Part shown: positions 27,406 through 38,135 of the stretch, in pieces | How positions within the stretch are numbered: the stretch's first letter is position 1 | How the letters are laid out: each line of letters starts with the position of its first letter | DNA from: Armatimonadota bacterium | Lineage (GTDB): Bacteria > Armatimonadota > UBA5829 > DTLH01 | NCBI GenBank assembly: GCA_039679675.1 | Contig: JBDKUN010000028.1 | Location: 32,001 to 96,000 of the forward strand | Direction: 5' to 3' | Length of the DNA: 64,000 nt | Position numbers and translations under genes: made by a program | Notes under the pieces: generated by a model | The model's input: only the letters and a program-made list of their open reading frames with translations | What the model was told of the DNA's origin: nothing | Database searches by the model: none

Positions 27406-29639
27406 AAAGGTTTCTCCTGATCTGTGCAGGATTGATTACTGCTGGTTTTGGATTGGGAGTTCTGGAGGCGGCAAAATGGCTCCGCGCTCTTTCCGCACCT
27501 GATACCATGTGGCGTAACACCTTTGACACCATCCAGCGGATGGTTTGGTTCCCTTCACTGTTATTAGTAACCGGTCTCCTTCTTGCAGGGTATGTTATTG
27601 CGGGCGTATTATCAGTGCGTAATAGGGCAGGGGTATTCTTCAAAGCTGTTATTGCTATATTATTGGCAGTAGCAGCTTTCTGGGTTGCGGTCAGACTCTC
27701 AACAGTCTTCTATCTGGCCCCATTCTTATACATCCCTGCATTCGCCGCGGCACTTGCGCTTGCTACATCTCTCGTATCATACATATTTACTCCATCCTGG
27801 ATGAGAAATTATCGCTTTAGTGCTGTGCGCGGTTTGATTGCGGCTGCAGGATGGGTCATATTTATCCTCATATTGAGGATATCCCTGGACAGAGATGGAA
27901 ATCTTTCCTTCGGTGGTATCCGAACATTCACAACCCTCGCGTATCCACCTGAGTTGCGATCTTATCCTTATCTGCTATCAGATCTTGCTGGGGGCCTGCT
28001 ATGTGGCCTTTTCATCGGTGCTGCAATGTCTTGGGTTCTGAAGACAGGCCAATTCATGAATGGTGTTATACGAGGCGGTGCCTCAGGTGTCTGGGTATCC
28101 GGTGTCCTCTATGCCGCACATGCATGTATCGGCACCCTCATAATGCAGTCTGCATATAGCGAGCGTACAGCGGTCTATTCCAGCATGCTTCTTATCCCTC
28201 TGGCAGGGATAGTTACAGCACTTGGCTTGGTCATGATTTTACCCGGGGTTCTGAATATAAGGTGTAAGGTAGTTGCTGCAAGCCTCGGATTGATTCTCCT
28301 CGCTGGAGCGGCATTCTATGTTTCTGATTCTCGAAATGGTGCCAATATGTACATATCTGCCGTCAAGACTCATCCAATTAGAACCCGTACGTATATTCAC
28401 TTTATGAGTGATGGTGGATGGATGAGGACTTTTGAACCCCATAATGATCCCCATAAGATCATGCTCTGTGATAGGCTGCTGAAAAAGAATCCTCGCAGTA
28501 TATATGCAGCACATGCATTATACTTGAAAGCCAAATGCCAGTTTTCATCCTGGCAATTCGAGGATGCTGCGAACTCACTTGAGCAGTTGCTCAGACGTTA
28601 TAGGGATTATCATGGATCGGCTTCCGTCCTCCTTGCTTACTCCTATCTTGCACAGGGGGATTATGAAAAAGCAGTTCAATGCTGCAAGAGGGCTGATCCG
28701 GTACTTATGCGCTGGAGATCGGGTGAAGGGGGCCTGATACTCGGCCATGCTTCTGAAGTGCTAGGAAACGAACAAGATGCCCTTGGCCAATATACATACT
28801 ATCTGGTCAATCTGACAGGCTCAAAACAGGGAGCATGGGCGGCTAATGCGGTGAACTACGCCGAGAAGAGGGCGGATAAAGTTAGGCTACCAGCTATTGT
28901 TGAAGTGCCGCGTGCCACCGTTAGCGGCAGAATCATATCGAATGATGGGCCGCTTCCCGGGATATATCTGGCGCTCGTTCAGCCGCATATCGATGCCTCA
29001 GCACCTGATAATACAACGCAGTTCAGCAGTTCGCATACTGTACCCTTATGGTTCGGGGCGGGGGCGACAACGGATGCCAGAGGAGAATTTAGGATCAGGA
29101 ACGTCCCATATGGCAATTATGAGGTGGTTGTAGGTTTCGATACACAGGGGATACCAGCAGGGCACGTTATTTCTAATGGCATTGCTCCGGTTCATATCAA
29201 CAGGCCGGATGTATCTCTGCCAGATGTAAGATTCGTGCCAAGTATAAAGCTGATTAGTCCTGTAGACCGGATATCAACGGGCAAACGGCCTGTTCTCAGG
29301 TGGTCTTCCTACCCGGGAGCCGCCTTTTACACTGTTTCGCTCATAGCCTGTCCATTTATTCACTCACCGGTCGCATCTGGTGCATTATCGCCCGATAGTT
29401 ACCAGTGTTGGTCACATTCAAGAATAAGAGATACATCCGTTACTGTAACACCGGATGGATTTATCCCAAATAACAAATCTTTGGAGTCCAGATACCGCTC
29501 CCTATCGCCGGGCAGCAGCTATACCTGGGTAGTCTTTGCTCATACAAATAACGGCGATATTATATCTTCGTCGGAGCGCTATTTGCCTGACCGAGAGCCG
29601 GTTTTTTCGGTTCAGCCCGACGCTAAGAAGGGAGGATGA
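27402..29639 (+). CDS. Large membrane protein with TPR-like and beta-sandwich extracytoplasmic domains
   Basis: About 9 TM helices, then helical repeats, then VSGRI...TDARGEFRIRNVPYGNYEV and an Ig/FN3-like tail; GTG after GGAGG. Confidence 0.75.
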   Translation: MKRFLLICAGLITAGFGLGVLEAAKWLRALSAPDTMWRNTFDTIQRMVWFPSLLLVTGLLLAGYVIAGVLSVRNRAGVFFKAVIAILLAVAAFWVAVRLSTVFYLAPFLYIPAFAAALALATSLVSYIFTPSWMRNYRFSAVRGLIAAAGWVIFILILRISLDRDGNLSFGGIRTFTTLAYPPELRSYPYLLSDLAGGLLCGLFIGAAMSWVLKTGQFMNGVIRGGASGVWVSGVLYAAHACIGTLIMQSAYSERTAVYSSMLLIPLAGIVTALGLVMILPGVLNIRCKVVAASLGLILLAGAAFYVSDSRNGANMYISAVKTHPIRTRTYIHFMSDGGWMRTFEPHNDPHKIMLCDRLLKKNPRSIYAAHALYLKAKCQFSSWQFEDAANSLEQLLRRYRDYHGSASVLLAYSYLAQGDYEKAVQCCKRADPVLMRWRSGEGGLILGHASEVLGNEQDALGQYTYYLVNLTGSKQGAWAANAVNYAEKRADKVRLPAIVEVPRATVSGRIISNDGPLPGIYLALVQPHIDASAPDNTTQFSSSHTVPLWFGAGATTDARGEFRIRNVPYGNYEVVVGFDTQGIPAGHVISNGIAPVHINRPDVSLPDVRFVPSIKLISPVDRISTGKRPVLRWSSYPGAAFYTVSLIACPFIHSPVASGALSPDSYQCWSHSRIRDTSVTVTPDGFIPNNKSLESRYRSLSPGSSYTWVVFAHTNNGDIISSSERYLPDREPVFSVQPDAKKGG

Positions 29640-29657
29640 TTTTCCGCTCAACTATAC

Positions 29658-29687
29658 TTGACACAGTTCTCTTTGTACCTATACAAT
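29658..29687 (+). promoter_or_regulatory. sigma70 promoter
   Basis: TTGACA-N18-TACAAT. Confidence 0.6.
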
Positions 29688-29713
29688 TAAAATTGAGAAG
29701 GAGGCGTTCATAA

Positions 29714-30502
29714 ATGAAAGGACGAAGAGGTTTTACACTCATAGAGCTGTTGGTTGTTATAGCGATTATCGCCATTTTGGCCGCTATACTGTTCCCTGTT
29801 TTTGCAAAGGCACGAGAGGCAGCACGTACAGCTTCCTGCCAATCGAACATGAATCAGCTTGGTAAGGCTATGAAGAGCTATATGACTGATTGGGATGATA
29901 CATATCCTACCAATCGTAATCCTAGTGGCCAATTGGTAAATTCCATCCAGCTTTCACCGGAACCAACAAATTCAGATGATCCGTTTGTCCCGTTTGTAAA
30001 TGGACTCAACTGGGTTGAGGCGTTATACACCAGTGTTGAAAAAGTTGGAGAGCAGGGTTCAGGGCAATCCGTTTGGAAGTGTCCGAATGCAAGGGAAGTA
30101 TCCAACAGTAGAACAGCAGCTACTTCATATGCATTCAACTTCAACTTGTTGGAGCAGCCAGAGTCGATTATATCTATTTCCTCTAATACGTTGATGATCC
30201 GCGAGATGGACAGGCTCTGTGATGCTGTCTGCCGCCCTACGGGAATGTGTGATAACTCGTCCCTGGTTCCGCAAGGTGCATTCCTGACGAATAATGATCC
30301 TCTTTTGGGTGCTTGCAATGCCAAGCTCCATGCAAATGGCTCAATGATTCTTTTTGCCGATTGCCACGTTAGATTTGTTCAATCCGCAGAGATGCCCGAT
30401 AATATTACAACTGCCTATTGGGATCCCGCGGATGGTACAGGCCATTGGTGGAATGTTCCAGTTAGCCAGAAGAGTCGCAGATCTATAGCGATTAACCCGT
30501 AA
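29714..30502 (+). CDS. Prepilin-type N-terminal cleavage/methylation protein (DUF1559 / H-X9-DG family)
   Basis: [46 protein letters not shown]. Confidence 0.92.
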   Translation: MKGRRGFTLIELLVVIAIIAILAAILFPVFAKAREAARTASCQSNMNQLGKAMKSYMTDWDDTYPTNRNPSGQLVNSIQLSPEPTNSDDPFVPFVNGLNWVEALYTSVEKVGEQGSGQSVWKCPNAREVSNSRTAATSYAFNFNLLEQPESIISISSNTLMIREMDRLCDAVCRPTGMCDNSSLVPQGAFLTNNDPLLGACNAKLHANGSMILFADCHVRFVQSAEMPDNITTAYWDPADGTGHWWNVPVSQKSRRSIAINP

Positions 30503-30523
30503 TTGATTTTCTTTTCTGATATT

Positions 30524-30559
30524 AACAGGCCCCGAAGTCGATCTTCGGGGCCTGTTTTT
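30524..30559 (+). terminator. Intrinsic terminator
   Basis: AACAGGCCCCGAAG-loop-CTTCGGGGCCTGTT followed by T run. Confidence 0.8.
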
Positions 30560-30607
30560 GGGTATGTTTTCTGATCTCCAATAAAAAATACAGCCGATAA
30601 GTTATAT

Positions 30608-31732
30608 CTACTCTTTGTATCCATTATCAAGACCCGGAGCTTTGACCGGACTGACAAAGGCGCCCTCACGCACGAATCCACCAGAGCATTCACCTGCAAG
30701 CAGTAGATCAGCATCCAGATCGAAGTGGCACAGGTTATCGAAGATGCAGGCGAGATGAACTGCAGCAGTAATACCGACGCGAGGCTCTATCATGCATCCA
30801 AGCATCGACGAAAGGCCAAGCGTCCGGCAGCGTACCAGCATCTCCATTGCTTCGAATATCCCCGATTTCATCAGTTTGATGTTGATACCGGAGACACTCC
30901 GTGATTTTCCGAGCATATCAACATCCCCGACGCTGCATGCACTCTCATCCGCAAAAACTGGCACATCCACATTTTGCGTCACGTACGCAATTCCCTCGAT
31001 ATCGTATCTGTCCACCGGCTGCTCAAAGATAGCGATAGCTGCACCCGTCCTTTTAAGACGTCCGATGAAGCTGACTGCTTCCTCTGGGGTGAAACCCTGG
31101 TTTGCGTCGACTACGAGGCTGCATTCAGGGACAGCGCGAGATATTGCTTCAGCACGAGCCAGGTCCTCATCTGCGTTTCCACAGCCGACTTTGACCTTGA
31201 ACTGTCTGAAACCTTTAGCAGAGGCCATTGCAGCGAGCTCTCCGGCATGCTCGAAAGGGACAATCGGGATGGTAATATCAGTCTCAAGCGATCTTGGAGA
31301 TCCGCCGAAGAGCTCATAGGAGGGTTTTCCCGAAAGTCTACCGGTTGTATCGAGCATTGACATCTCTATCGCAGCTCTTGCGCCGGGTGAGTCAGGCAGC
31401 GTTGCCTTCAAATTGAGCGATAATTCAGGTGCGAGGCGTACATCCTGTCCCGAAATCACGTGTTCGGCGTCATTTACAGCCGATATTACCGATTCGACTG
31501 TTTCTCCGGTCACATATTTTACTGGAGTGGCTTCACCGAAGCCTGTAATCCCGTTTTCCGTAGTGAGCTCGACAATTACAGCGTCGGATGATGTTGCACT
31601 CCTCTTTGCAGTCTCAAACTGCTCCTTCAGGGGCATCCTCACGTGCTTTGCGCGAAGACTGGTTATCCGGCTGCACGGTATTCCCTTCATATGTTCCGAA
31701 TAATGGTTCATTATAGCGTCTAAATCTTCCAT
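30608..31732 (-). CDS. Dipeptide epimerase (L-Ala-D/L-Glu epimerase, enolase superfamily)
   Basis: FKVKVG, VDANQG, EQP, ADES, NIKLMKSG, GCM, DLD. Confidence 0.88.
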   Translation of the reverse strand: MEDLDAIMNHYSEHMKGIPCSRITSLRAKHVRMPLKEQFETAKRSATSSDAVIVELTTENGITGFGEATPVKYVTGETVESVISAVNDAEHVISGQDVRLAPELSLNLKATLPDSPGARAAIEMSMLDTTGRLSGKPSYELFGGSPRSLETDITIPIVPFEHAGELAAMASAKGFRQFKVKVGCGNADEDLARAEAISRAVPECSLVVDANQGFTPEEAVSFIGRLKRTGAAIAIFEQPVDRYDIEGIAYVTQNVDVPVFADESACSVGDVDMLGKSRSVSGINIKLMKSGIFEAMEMLVRCRTLGLSSMLGCMIEPRVGITAAVHLACIFDNLCHFDLDADLLLAGECSGGFVREGAFVSPVKAPGLDNGYKE

Positions 31733-31827
31733 AACAGAAAGATTATACCACCAACAATATACTATTTCGGAAAGTAGGGATGATGCTATAATGAACCCGA
31801 TGTACTATTATAGTGAGCGCAAAACGT

Positions 31828-32514
31828 ATGTCTAAAATACTGATTATAGAAGACGAACTGCCGCTGCTGCAGACGGTAAGCTACAATTTCGAGCAGGAAG
31901 GTTATCAGGTCGTGCAGGCGACGGACGGGTTATCCGGCCTGGAGAAAGCACGGCTGGAGGGGCCCGACCTCATCCTGCTGGATGTTATGCTGCCAGGGAT
32001 GGACGGAATAGAGGCCTGCCGCCTTATCCGTAGAGAGCTGGACATCCCGATCATCATGCTCACAGCCAAATCACGCGAGATAGACAAGGTAGTGGGGCTT
32101 GAAGTCGGCGCTGATGACTACGTTACGAAGCCCTTCGGCATGCTCGAACTGATTGCCAGGGTTCGTGCGGCGCTGAGACGGGCCAGAACGGAGGTTCGGA
32201 AAAGCGAGATCCTCCGGGCAGGAAATATCGAGATGGATGTTCCAAGCCATGTCGTAAAAGTAGGTGGCAGTCAGGTCGAGCTAAGGCCAAAGGAGTTCGA
32301 TCTGCTCCATATGCTGCTCACAAACCGCGGCAGGGTTATGGAGAGGTCAGTGCTTCTGGAGCGTGTCTGGGGTGAGGATGTATATATAGATGCCGGGACT
32401 CTCGATGTTCACGTCAGGAGGCTCAGAGAGAAGATCGAGCCGAATCCCGGAGAACCGCGCTATATTATGACTGTCCGCGGTTTGGGCTACAAATTCAGCG
32501 AGCAGGAGCCGTGA
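31828..32514 (+). CDS. OmpR/PhoB family response regulator
   Basis: [35 protein letters not shown]. Confidence 0.94.
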   Translation: MSKILIIEDELPLLQTVSYNFEQEGYQVVQATDGLSGLEKARLEGPDLILLDVMLPGMDGIEACRLIRRELDIPIIMLTAKSREIDKVVGLEVGADDYVTKPFGMLELIARVRAALRRARTEVRKSEILRAGNIEMDVPSHVVKVGGSQVELRPKEFDLLHMLLTNRGRVMERSVLLERVWGEDVYIDAGTLDVHVRRLREKIEPNPGEPRYIMTVRGLGYKFSEQEP

Positions 32515-34271
32515 TGCGTCGATTTAGGAGTATTCGCTGGAAAATGACCATCGGTCATTTGCTGGTAGTGCTTATAACTGTGGTGCTTCTCGATGCGTAT
32601 CTGGAAGATCGCTCTGAAGACCGGTATATTCAGGGGTTTCGCCGACAGCTTCAGCAGGAAGCCAGCTCGCTCGGCGCTGTTATGCTGGATGCAGACCCGG
32701 TACGGCTCGAAAAGTTCACAGTTAAAGCTGGAAAAGGTCTCAGACGCCGTATTACAGTTGTTGATCCTGCTGGCCGCGTGCTTGCTGACTCACTCCGTGA
32801 CCCTTCCGGTATGCCTTCGCACACTGGCCGCCCTGAAATAGCCGCCGCTCTTTCCACAGGCGACGGATATTCAGTCCGCCACAGCGGTACTCTCGGCTAT
32901 GACATGATGTATGTCGCGGTCCGCTGCCGGAATGGCGGGAGGACGATAGTCGTCCGTATATCCGATCCGCTTTCGGATGTGGCCTCCGTCACTTCACATA
33001 TACGAAACACATTTGCAGTTGCAGCGCTGATCGCACTCATAGCCGCCGGTATCGTCAGCTTCAGACTTTCAAGCAGGGTAGTTGCATCAATAGTAGGATT
33101 GACCAACACTGCAAGGCGTATCGCGCGCGGGGATTTCGGACTGAATATCCCGCTGCCTTCCAGCGCAGGGGATGAAGTGGCTGAGCTGGGGCTTACGCTG
33201 AACTCTCTTGCAGCCGAGTTAAGAAGGACCGTCCGCCAGCTTCGTGAGGACAATCGGCAGATGGAGACAGTCTTCGAGAAGACGGATAACGGGCTTATTG
33301 TCCTGGATGAATCGGGACATATTGATGTGATCAATCCTGCCGCAGCCGATATGCTGGCAATCGATAGAAAAAGCGCTGTTGGGCGGACAATTATAGAGGC
33401 TACGTTGAACCATGGGTTTGCGGAGTTGATCGAACGGGTGATGAGGACCAATACTCCTGTGACTATGGAAATCCAGATTGTCATGCAGCCTGAGAGAACA
33501 GCGCGGATCTATGCAACACCACTCGGCGAGGATGATCATTCGGATGGCGTAGTTATAGTCATGCACGATGTTACCGCAGCCCGCAGAGTGGACGAGATGA
33601 GGCGGGACTTCGTTGCGAATGTAAGCCATGAGCTCCGCACTCCGCTTGCCTCCATCCGCGCAATGGCGGAAACGGTCGCGCTCCGAGGGCGGGAAAAACC
33701 GGAAATCGCAAAGGGTTTTTCTGAAGACATCGTAAAAGAGATCGACCGGCTTGTAAGGCTTTCCGATGACCTGCTGGAGATCACAAAAACCGAAGCCGGA
33801 CAGAGACAGCCGAGGGATGAGGAGTTCAGTATACGGGAGGTCGCAGAGGACGCGGCAGCGAAACTGCAGCCCATTACAGAACGCAAAGGTGTCTCTCTTC
33901 AGGTCGATGCTGATCCAGCTGTAGTAGTGCATGGAGACAAAGACGCTATCTGGCAGGTGCTGGTCAACCTGGTAGACAATGCCGTCACCTACACTCCGGC
34001 GGGAGGCAGTGTGACAGTCTCGGTTGATAAACAGGGCGGAATTGTGACGGTGAGTGTAGCCGATACCGGTGCCGGCATCCCAACCGCAGACATCCCCCGC
34101 ATATTCGAGCGGTTCTACAGGGTGGATAAGGCGCGGTCGAGGGCGTCCGGCGGTACAGGGCTGGGTCTTTCAATTGTGAAGCATCTTGTGGAGTCCCACG
34201 GCGGTAAAGTGTCGGTCAAGAGCGAGCTCGGCAAGGGGAGCATCTTCACATTTACAATCCCTGAGAGATAA
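32511..34271 (+). CDS. PhoR-like sensor histidine kinase (HAMP-PAS-HisKA-HATPase)
   Basis: [38 protein letters not shown]. Confidence 0.93.
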   Translation: MMRRFRSIRWKMTIGHLLVVLITVVLLDAYLEDRSEDRYIQGFRRQLQQEASSLGAVMLDADPVRLEKFTVKAGKGLRRRITVVDPAGRVLADSLRDPSGMPSHTGRPEIAAALSTGDGYSVRHSGTLGYDMMYVAVRCRNGGRTIVVRISDPLSDVASVTSHIRNTFAVAALIALIAAGIVSFRLSSRVVASIVGLTNTARRIARGDFGLNIPLPSSAGDEVAELGLTLNSLAAELRRTVRQLREDNRQMETVFEKTDNGLIVLDESGHIDVINPAAADMLAIDRKSAVGRTIIEATLNHGFAELIERVMRTNTPVTMEIQIVMQPERTARIYATPLGEDDHSDGVVIVMHDVTAARRVDEMRRDFVANVSHELRTPLASIRAMAETVALRGREKPEIAKGFSEDIVKEIDRLVRLSDDLLEITKTEAGQRQPRDEEFSIREVAEDAAAKLQPITERKGVSLQVDADPAVVVHGDKDAIWQVLVNLVDNAVTYTPAGGSVTVSVDKQGGIVTVSVADTGAGIPTADIPRIFERFYRVDKARSRASGGTGLGLSIVKHLVESHGGKVSVKSELGKGSIFTFTIPER

Positions 34272-34421
34272 GCATTGACTGGCTAAGTGAGACGCAGGAT
34301 ATTTATAACTGTATATAGCTTTAAAGCTGTTACAATATCTCCTGAAATTCTTAGTTGTCAACACTCTGGTTTTGGGGTAATATTTGAATGTAAGATATTC
34401 GGATATTCAGGCAGGTTCTAG

Positions 34422-34724
34422 ATGAGTAGATTGTCAAGTCGAGAAACCAGTAAAGTTGGTAAACGCGGAACGATAGTTATTCCGGCAAAGTTGAGGAAAC
34501 GATTCGGGATAGTCGAAGGGTCCCTTATTATCGCCGAAGAAACCGGTAATGGTATACTAATCCGTCCGGCAATCGCTTTGCCTGTGGAAAGCTATTCTCC
34601 CGAAAGGGTCGCGGAGTTCATCTTGTCCAATGCGGTAGACTCTGATGATTATGCTTCAGCGGTTGAGGAGGTAAAGCGGATGGGGCTTGACCCAGAATCT
34701 ATTCCTCATCAGAAGCCGGAGTAA
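34422..34724 (+). CDS. AbrB/MazE-like antitoxin
   Basis: KVGKRGTIVIPAKLRKRFGI, ILIRP. Confidence 0.88.
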   Translation: MSRLSSRETSKVGKRGTIVIPAKLRKRFGIVEGSLIIAEETGNGILIRPAIALPVESYSPERVAEFILSNAVDSDDYASAVEEVKRMGLDPESIPHQKPE

Positions 34725-34731
34725 TAACGGC

Positions 34732-35133
34732 ATGGATAAAGTGTTTCTTGATGCCAATATCCTGTTTTCGGTGGCATACCGACCATACTCACGGCTTATG
34801 AGCCTGTGGTCGCTGAAAGATACGGAACTGGTTACATCTGTTTTCGCTCTGGAAGAAGCACGCCGCAATCTGGCAGCATACAAACCTGACGCATTAGCAT
34901 ATCTGGATAGGCTGACTTGCAGCCTTACGGTAGTTAACTGTTTGGAATCGTCTCTCCCGAAATATATAGGACTGGCAGATAAAGATGTACCGATCCTGGC
35001 CGCTGCGCTACAGGAAAGGTGTTCCCATCTCATAACTGGTGACCATCGACATTTCGGAGAGTATTTCGGACGTTCTATCGAGGGCGTACTAATACTTACT
35101 CCTGCCGAGTATCTCAAAAAACGCTGCAGCTAG
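34732..35133 (+). CDS. PIN domain toxin (VapC-like)
   Basis: [24 protein letters not shown]. Confidence 0.88.
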   Translation: MDKVFLDANILFSVAYRPYSRLMSLWSLKDTELVTSVFALEEARRNLAAYKPDALAYLDRLTCSLTVVNCLESSLPKYIGLADKDVPILAAALQERCSHLITGDHRHFGEYFGRSIEGVLILTPAEYLKKRCS

Positions 35134-35165
35134 TGCTCAACAGAAACCGCTAATCGAATTACATA

Positions 35166-35236
35166 GCGGTAAAGCGTCTGTGAAAAGCGAGCTCGGCAAA
35201 GGCAGTATCTTCACGTTCACAATCCCTCCGAAATAG
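35166..35236 (+). repeat. Diverged duplicate of the histidine kinase 3' end (34201-34271)
   Basis: 58 of 71 identical by hand alignment; encodes [22 protein letters not shown]. Confidence 0.9.
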
Positions 35237-35268
35237 GGATGAGGGAGAGGCCGCACCTCTCCCGGCAC

Positions 35269-35928
35269 TTACTTTCGCCGCCTGATGAAACCCGCCATCA
35301 GAGCACCTAATCCAGAAGCCAGTGCGGCCAGAGATCCAGGTTCAGGGACGGTTCCATTCAGCGTTACATTATCCAGCGATCCTGTGTCCGAACCGGTGCG
35401 GTATTCACCCCTTATTCGGATAGATGAGATCGACGATAGCACAGTGTTTATATTGCTGCTTGTCGCTGCAGCTCCGTTGACCGTCCAGCCCGCACCCTGA
35501 GCCAGGTTCACGGAGTAATGCGTCCATGTAGCTTTCGGGTTATAGGATGTGTTGAATACCATTGTGACCCCGCTGCCGGTGATTACAATGTCATCCGCTT
35601 CAAACTGGCTGTCAATCGGGGTCTGTATCAAGTCAAAATCCAAAGTGCATCCGTAAGCTGCGGATTTATTTCCGAGGAATTTGCTCGGTGCGCTCCAGTA
35701 CCATACTCCGCCCTGAACATCATCAGTGGCATATACAAACCCGCCGGTATTGCCTCCTGTGGCTGCCCAATTTGGGTCACTGGACCCTTGCTGGGCATCG
35801 CCGGTTATTTTCCAACCTTCCCTATCGCTGTCAAAAGTGCTCGACGCCAGCACACCGCATTGTGCCATGGAAGCGGACAGCAACATAAGTACGGCCGCGA
35901 CAGACACTACTTTACACACCCTTACCAT
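35269..35928 (-). CDS. PEP-CTERM protein with laminin B (IV)-like domain
   Basis: Signal peptide; WYWSAPSKFLGNKSAAYG, IRIRGEY, LDNV; VPEPGS-TM-RRRK. Confidence 0.88.
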   Translation of the reverse strand: MVRVCKVVSVAAVLMLLSASMAQCGVLASSTFDSDREGWKITGDAQQGSSDPNWAATGGNTGGFVYATDDVQGGVWYWSAPSKFLGNKSAAYGCTLDFDLIQTPIDSQFEADDIVITGSGVTMVFNTSYNPKATWTHYSVNLAQGAGWTVNGAAATSSNINTVLSSISSIRIRGEYRTGSDTGSLDNVTLNGTVPEPGSLAALASGLGALMAGFIRRRK

Positions 35929-35994
35929 CAATATCTCCTCACTGACAGTTCTCAGCGATTGCCGGAACTTCACCAGTATTTCTACTGGTGCCGG

Positions 35995-36010
35995 TGCAAG
36001 TTTTGTGCCA
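35995..36010 (-). promoter_or_regulatory. sigma54 (RpoN) -24/-12 promoter
   Basis: Minus strand TGGCAC-AAAAC-TTGCA, exact consensus spacing. Confidence 0.8.
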
Positions 36011-36077
36011 ATCGAGCTTATTGTAGCCGTATGGGCCTTTGGATTTCCAGGGCTGCAGCTGAATGTGTGTCTACAAT

Positions 36078-38135
36078 CTATCTGCTGGTGTAATCTATCC
36101 GATATGCTGTACGCGGTGCAGCGTCTATCGTGAGTTTTCCGTTTTTTAGCGCAATGGAGGGTTTTTCGGTCCCGTCCGGAAGAGAAACTTTCATTTTCTT
36201 TGCATCTTCCCAGGATTTCGGCACATCCATCGTTATTCTGCCGCCGTTTCGCGAGTAGACGGCTATCCTGCTGTCGGAAAGGCGCATCATCGTGCTGAAA
36301 TTCGATGCTATGGTAGTGCCGTCCTGCACGATGCGGTAGCTGGACTTTTCCTTATTGACCTCTACATAGTTGTCCGAATCGTAGCTTACCCGCTCGACCG
36401 AACCATTCCTCTCGTAGCCGGTTATCTCGCGGTTGGTAAACCCGCTCAGGGGAAGGGTGGCCAGATAGTACAGGTCGGTTATCTCCGCGTCCGTTGTGGA
36501 CTTGCCAAACTCCGCGCTGACGGCCCAGCCGTTAAGGAGGAGGTCCAGAATATCTTTGTTAGTAGCAGCAGTATCGCTTATAATGACTTTTCCGTGGTAG
36601 ATCATCGAGACCAAAGGTATTCGTTCTTCACTAGACCACGCGGAGTCGCGGTTCCTGTTGATCCGCCTGTAATAGCTTACTTTAGCGGCGAACGGGGAGG
36701 TAAACATGTTCGAAATGACATCTATCCCCAGCTTGTTGAACTCCGAGATTATGCTGAGTTTACCCAATAAGCAAATCTGCCTGTTCGACGGCGATTTGGG
36801 GTTGAAATCCACTCTCTCAGGATCGTCCGAGAATCTCTCCAGGCATATCGTCTTCTCTATACCGAGCGAATTTACCGTTTTTCCAGCCCGCTCACGCGCA
36901 GTTTTGGTATATTTCGCTGGGCTGATGGCGTAACCTGGGCCAAGCCCTGCCGCCGGTTCGCCGCGAAAGTCCTTCGCGATCAGTGACTCGTCCCAGTTCG
37001 GGTTCTCTTTTTCCAGAGTGCTGTAGTTGTCGGCTATGCTGACGGTTGCATTCTCGAGTTTTGCCTGTTGGATCAGGCTTGCTACATAGTTAGCTCCTAT
37101 GCCGGGATCACCGGCCAAGCGCTTCCAACCGGATAGGTAAACCACCTGCTTCGCTCCACCGGTGATCCGGTTGACGCGGCGGATCAAATCAATTACCTCG
37201 CTCTGGTTCATGCAAGCCGTTCCGTCCGGGCTCCCCAGCATAATGCTGTAGATGAAGCTGCCGGAGTATATGCTGTTTATGTTCCTCGGCGCGGTGTCTC
37301 GAACAATCGCCGCGCCTGCGGTCCAATCGAGGGGCTTATCTCCCTTGGGCTCAATAATTGTTACCGTGCAGGAAGAATCGCTCTGCACTAGGAAGATGAG
37401 CGGCGGTTTGTCTGCCTTAGCCCGTTTGATAAACTCCACCGAGAGCTCACCGGACTTCGGGCCGATACCGATCTTCGAGATTATATTGTCGTCAGGGGAG
37501 CCGAGTGACACCAGCCCGAGCATTCTGTCGTGGTAGACCATCCCGATCGGGGCGATGTTGGTCGAATCGACCATGTGCGTCATCTCGACAGGACTGGCTT
37601 TTGCCACATCCACCAGCCGCCCGGATGAGTAAGGCATGGCAAGCCTGGCTCCCGTTTGAGACTCCGTGACCGAGATGAGCGGCAGTTTTATGGATGACAT
37701 TCTGAAACTTCCCAGCTCCTGCAGCAGCCTGGATGTTACAGTAAGCCTGTCTCCTGCAAGTGAGAAGATCAGTTCGAACTCGACTGTGGGCTTATCCATC
37801 CAAAGCAAGCTGCAGTGATACACAGCAACCGATGGGCTTGAACTGACCGTATATTCCATCTTTCCTTTTTCTGAGCGTGAGGATTTATAGCTTCCGTCTT
37901 TACCGTCGTAGATGATCACCTCGGGTTCACTTCTGTCTACGGCGCCCCAAAGGCAAGATTCATCCCCCGACTTTGAGGTAGACTTATACGAAACTATTAC
38001 CGGCCGCGAGGGTTCGAGTGAGACTTGAATCGCAGGCGATAAGAGTTTTATTACCTTTTCAGTGATCGCTGGCTCGCCCCAGGCTGCATGCGCACACAGC
38101 AATAATAGAAATAATCCGGTCAGGATGTTCTTCAT
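36078..38135 (-). CDS. Secreted glycoside hydrolase-like protein (GH101-like)
   Basis: Signal peptide MKNILTG; QVVYLSGW, VSIADNY, IPLVSMIYHGK resemble endo-alpha-GalNAc-ase family motifs. Confidence 0.55.
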   Translation of the reverse strand: MKNILTGLFLLLLCAHAAWGEPAITEKVIKLLSPAIQVSLEPSRPVIVSYKSTSKSGDESCLWGAVDRSEPEVIIYDGKDGSYKSSRSEKGKMEYTVSSSPSVAVYHCSLLWMDKPTVEFELIFSLAGDRLTVTSRLLQELGSFRMSSIKLPLISVTESQTGARLAMPYSSGRLVDVAKASPVEMTHMVDSTNIAPIGMVYHDRMLGLVSLGSPDDNIISKIGIGPKSGELSVEFIKRAKADKPPLIFLVQSDSSCTVTIIEPKGDKPLDWTAGAAIVRDTAPRNINSIYSGSFIYSIMLGSPDGTACMNQSEVIDLIRRVNRITGGAKQVVYLSGWKRLAGDPGIGANYVASLIQQAKLENATVSIADNYSTLEKENPNWDESLIAKDFRGEPAAGLGPGYAISPAKYTKTARERAGKTVNSLGIEKTICLERFSDDPERVDFNPKSPSNRQICLLGKLSIISEFNKLGIDVISNMFTSPFAAKVSYYRRINRNRDSAWSSEERIPLVSMIYHGKVIISDTAATNKDILDLLLNGWAVSAEFGKSTTDAEITDLYYLATLPLSGFTNREITGYERNGSVERVSYDSDNYVEVNKEKSSYRIVQDGTTIASNFSTMMRLSDSRIAVYSRNGGRITMDVPKSWEDAKKMKVSLPDGTEKPSIALKNGKLTIDAAPRTAYRIDYTSR

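Noticed and set aside
30570..30600. GCCGATAA sigma28-like -10 element
   Set aside because: No TAAA at 15 nt spacing and no downstream plus-strand gene.
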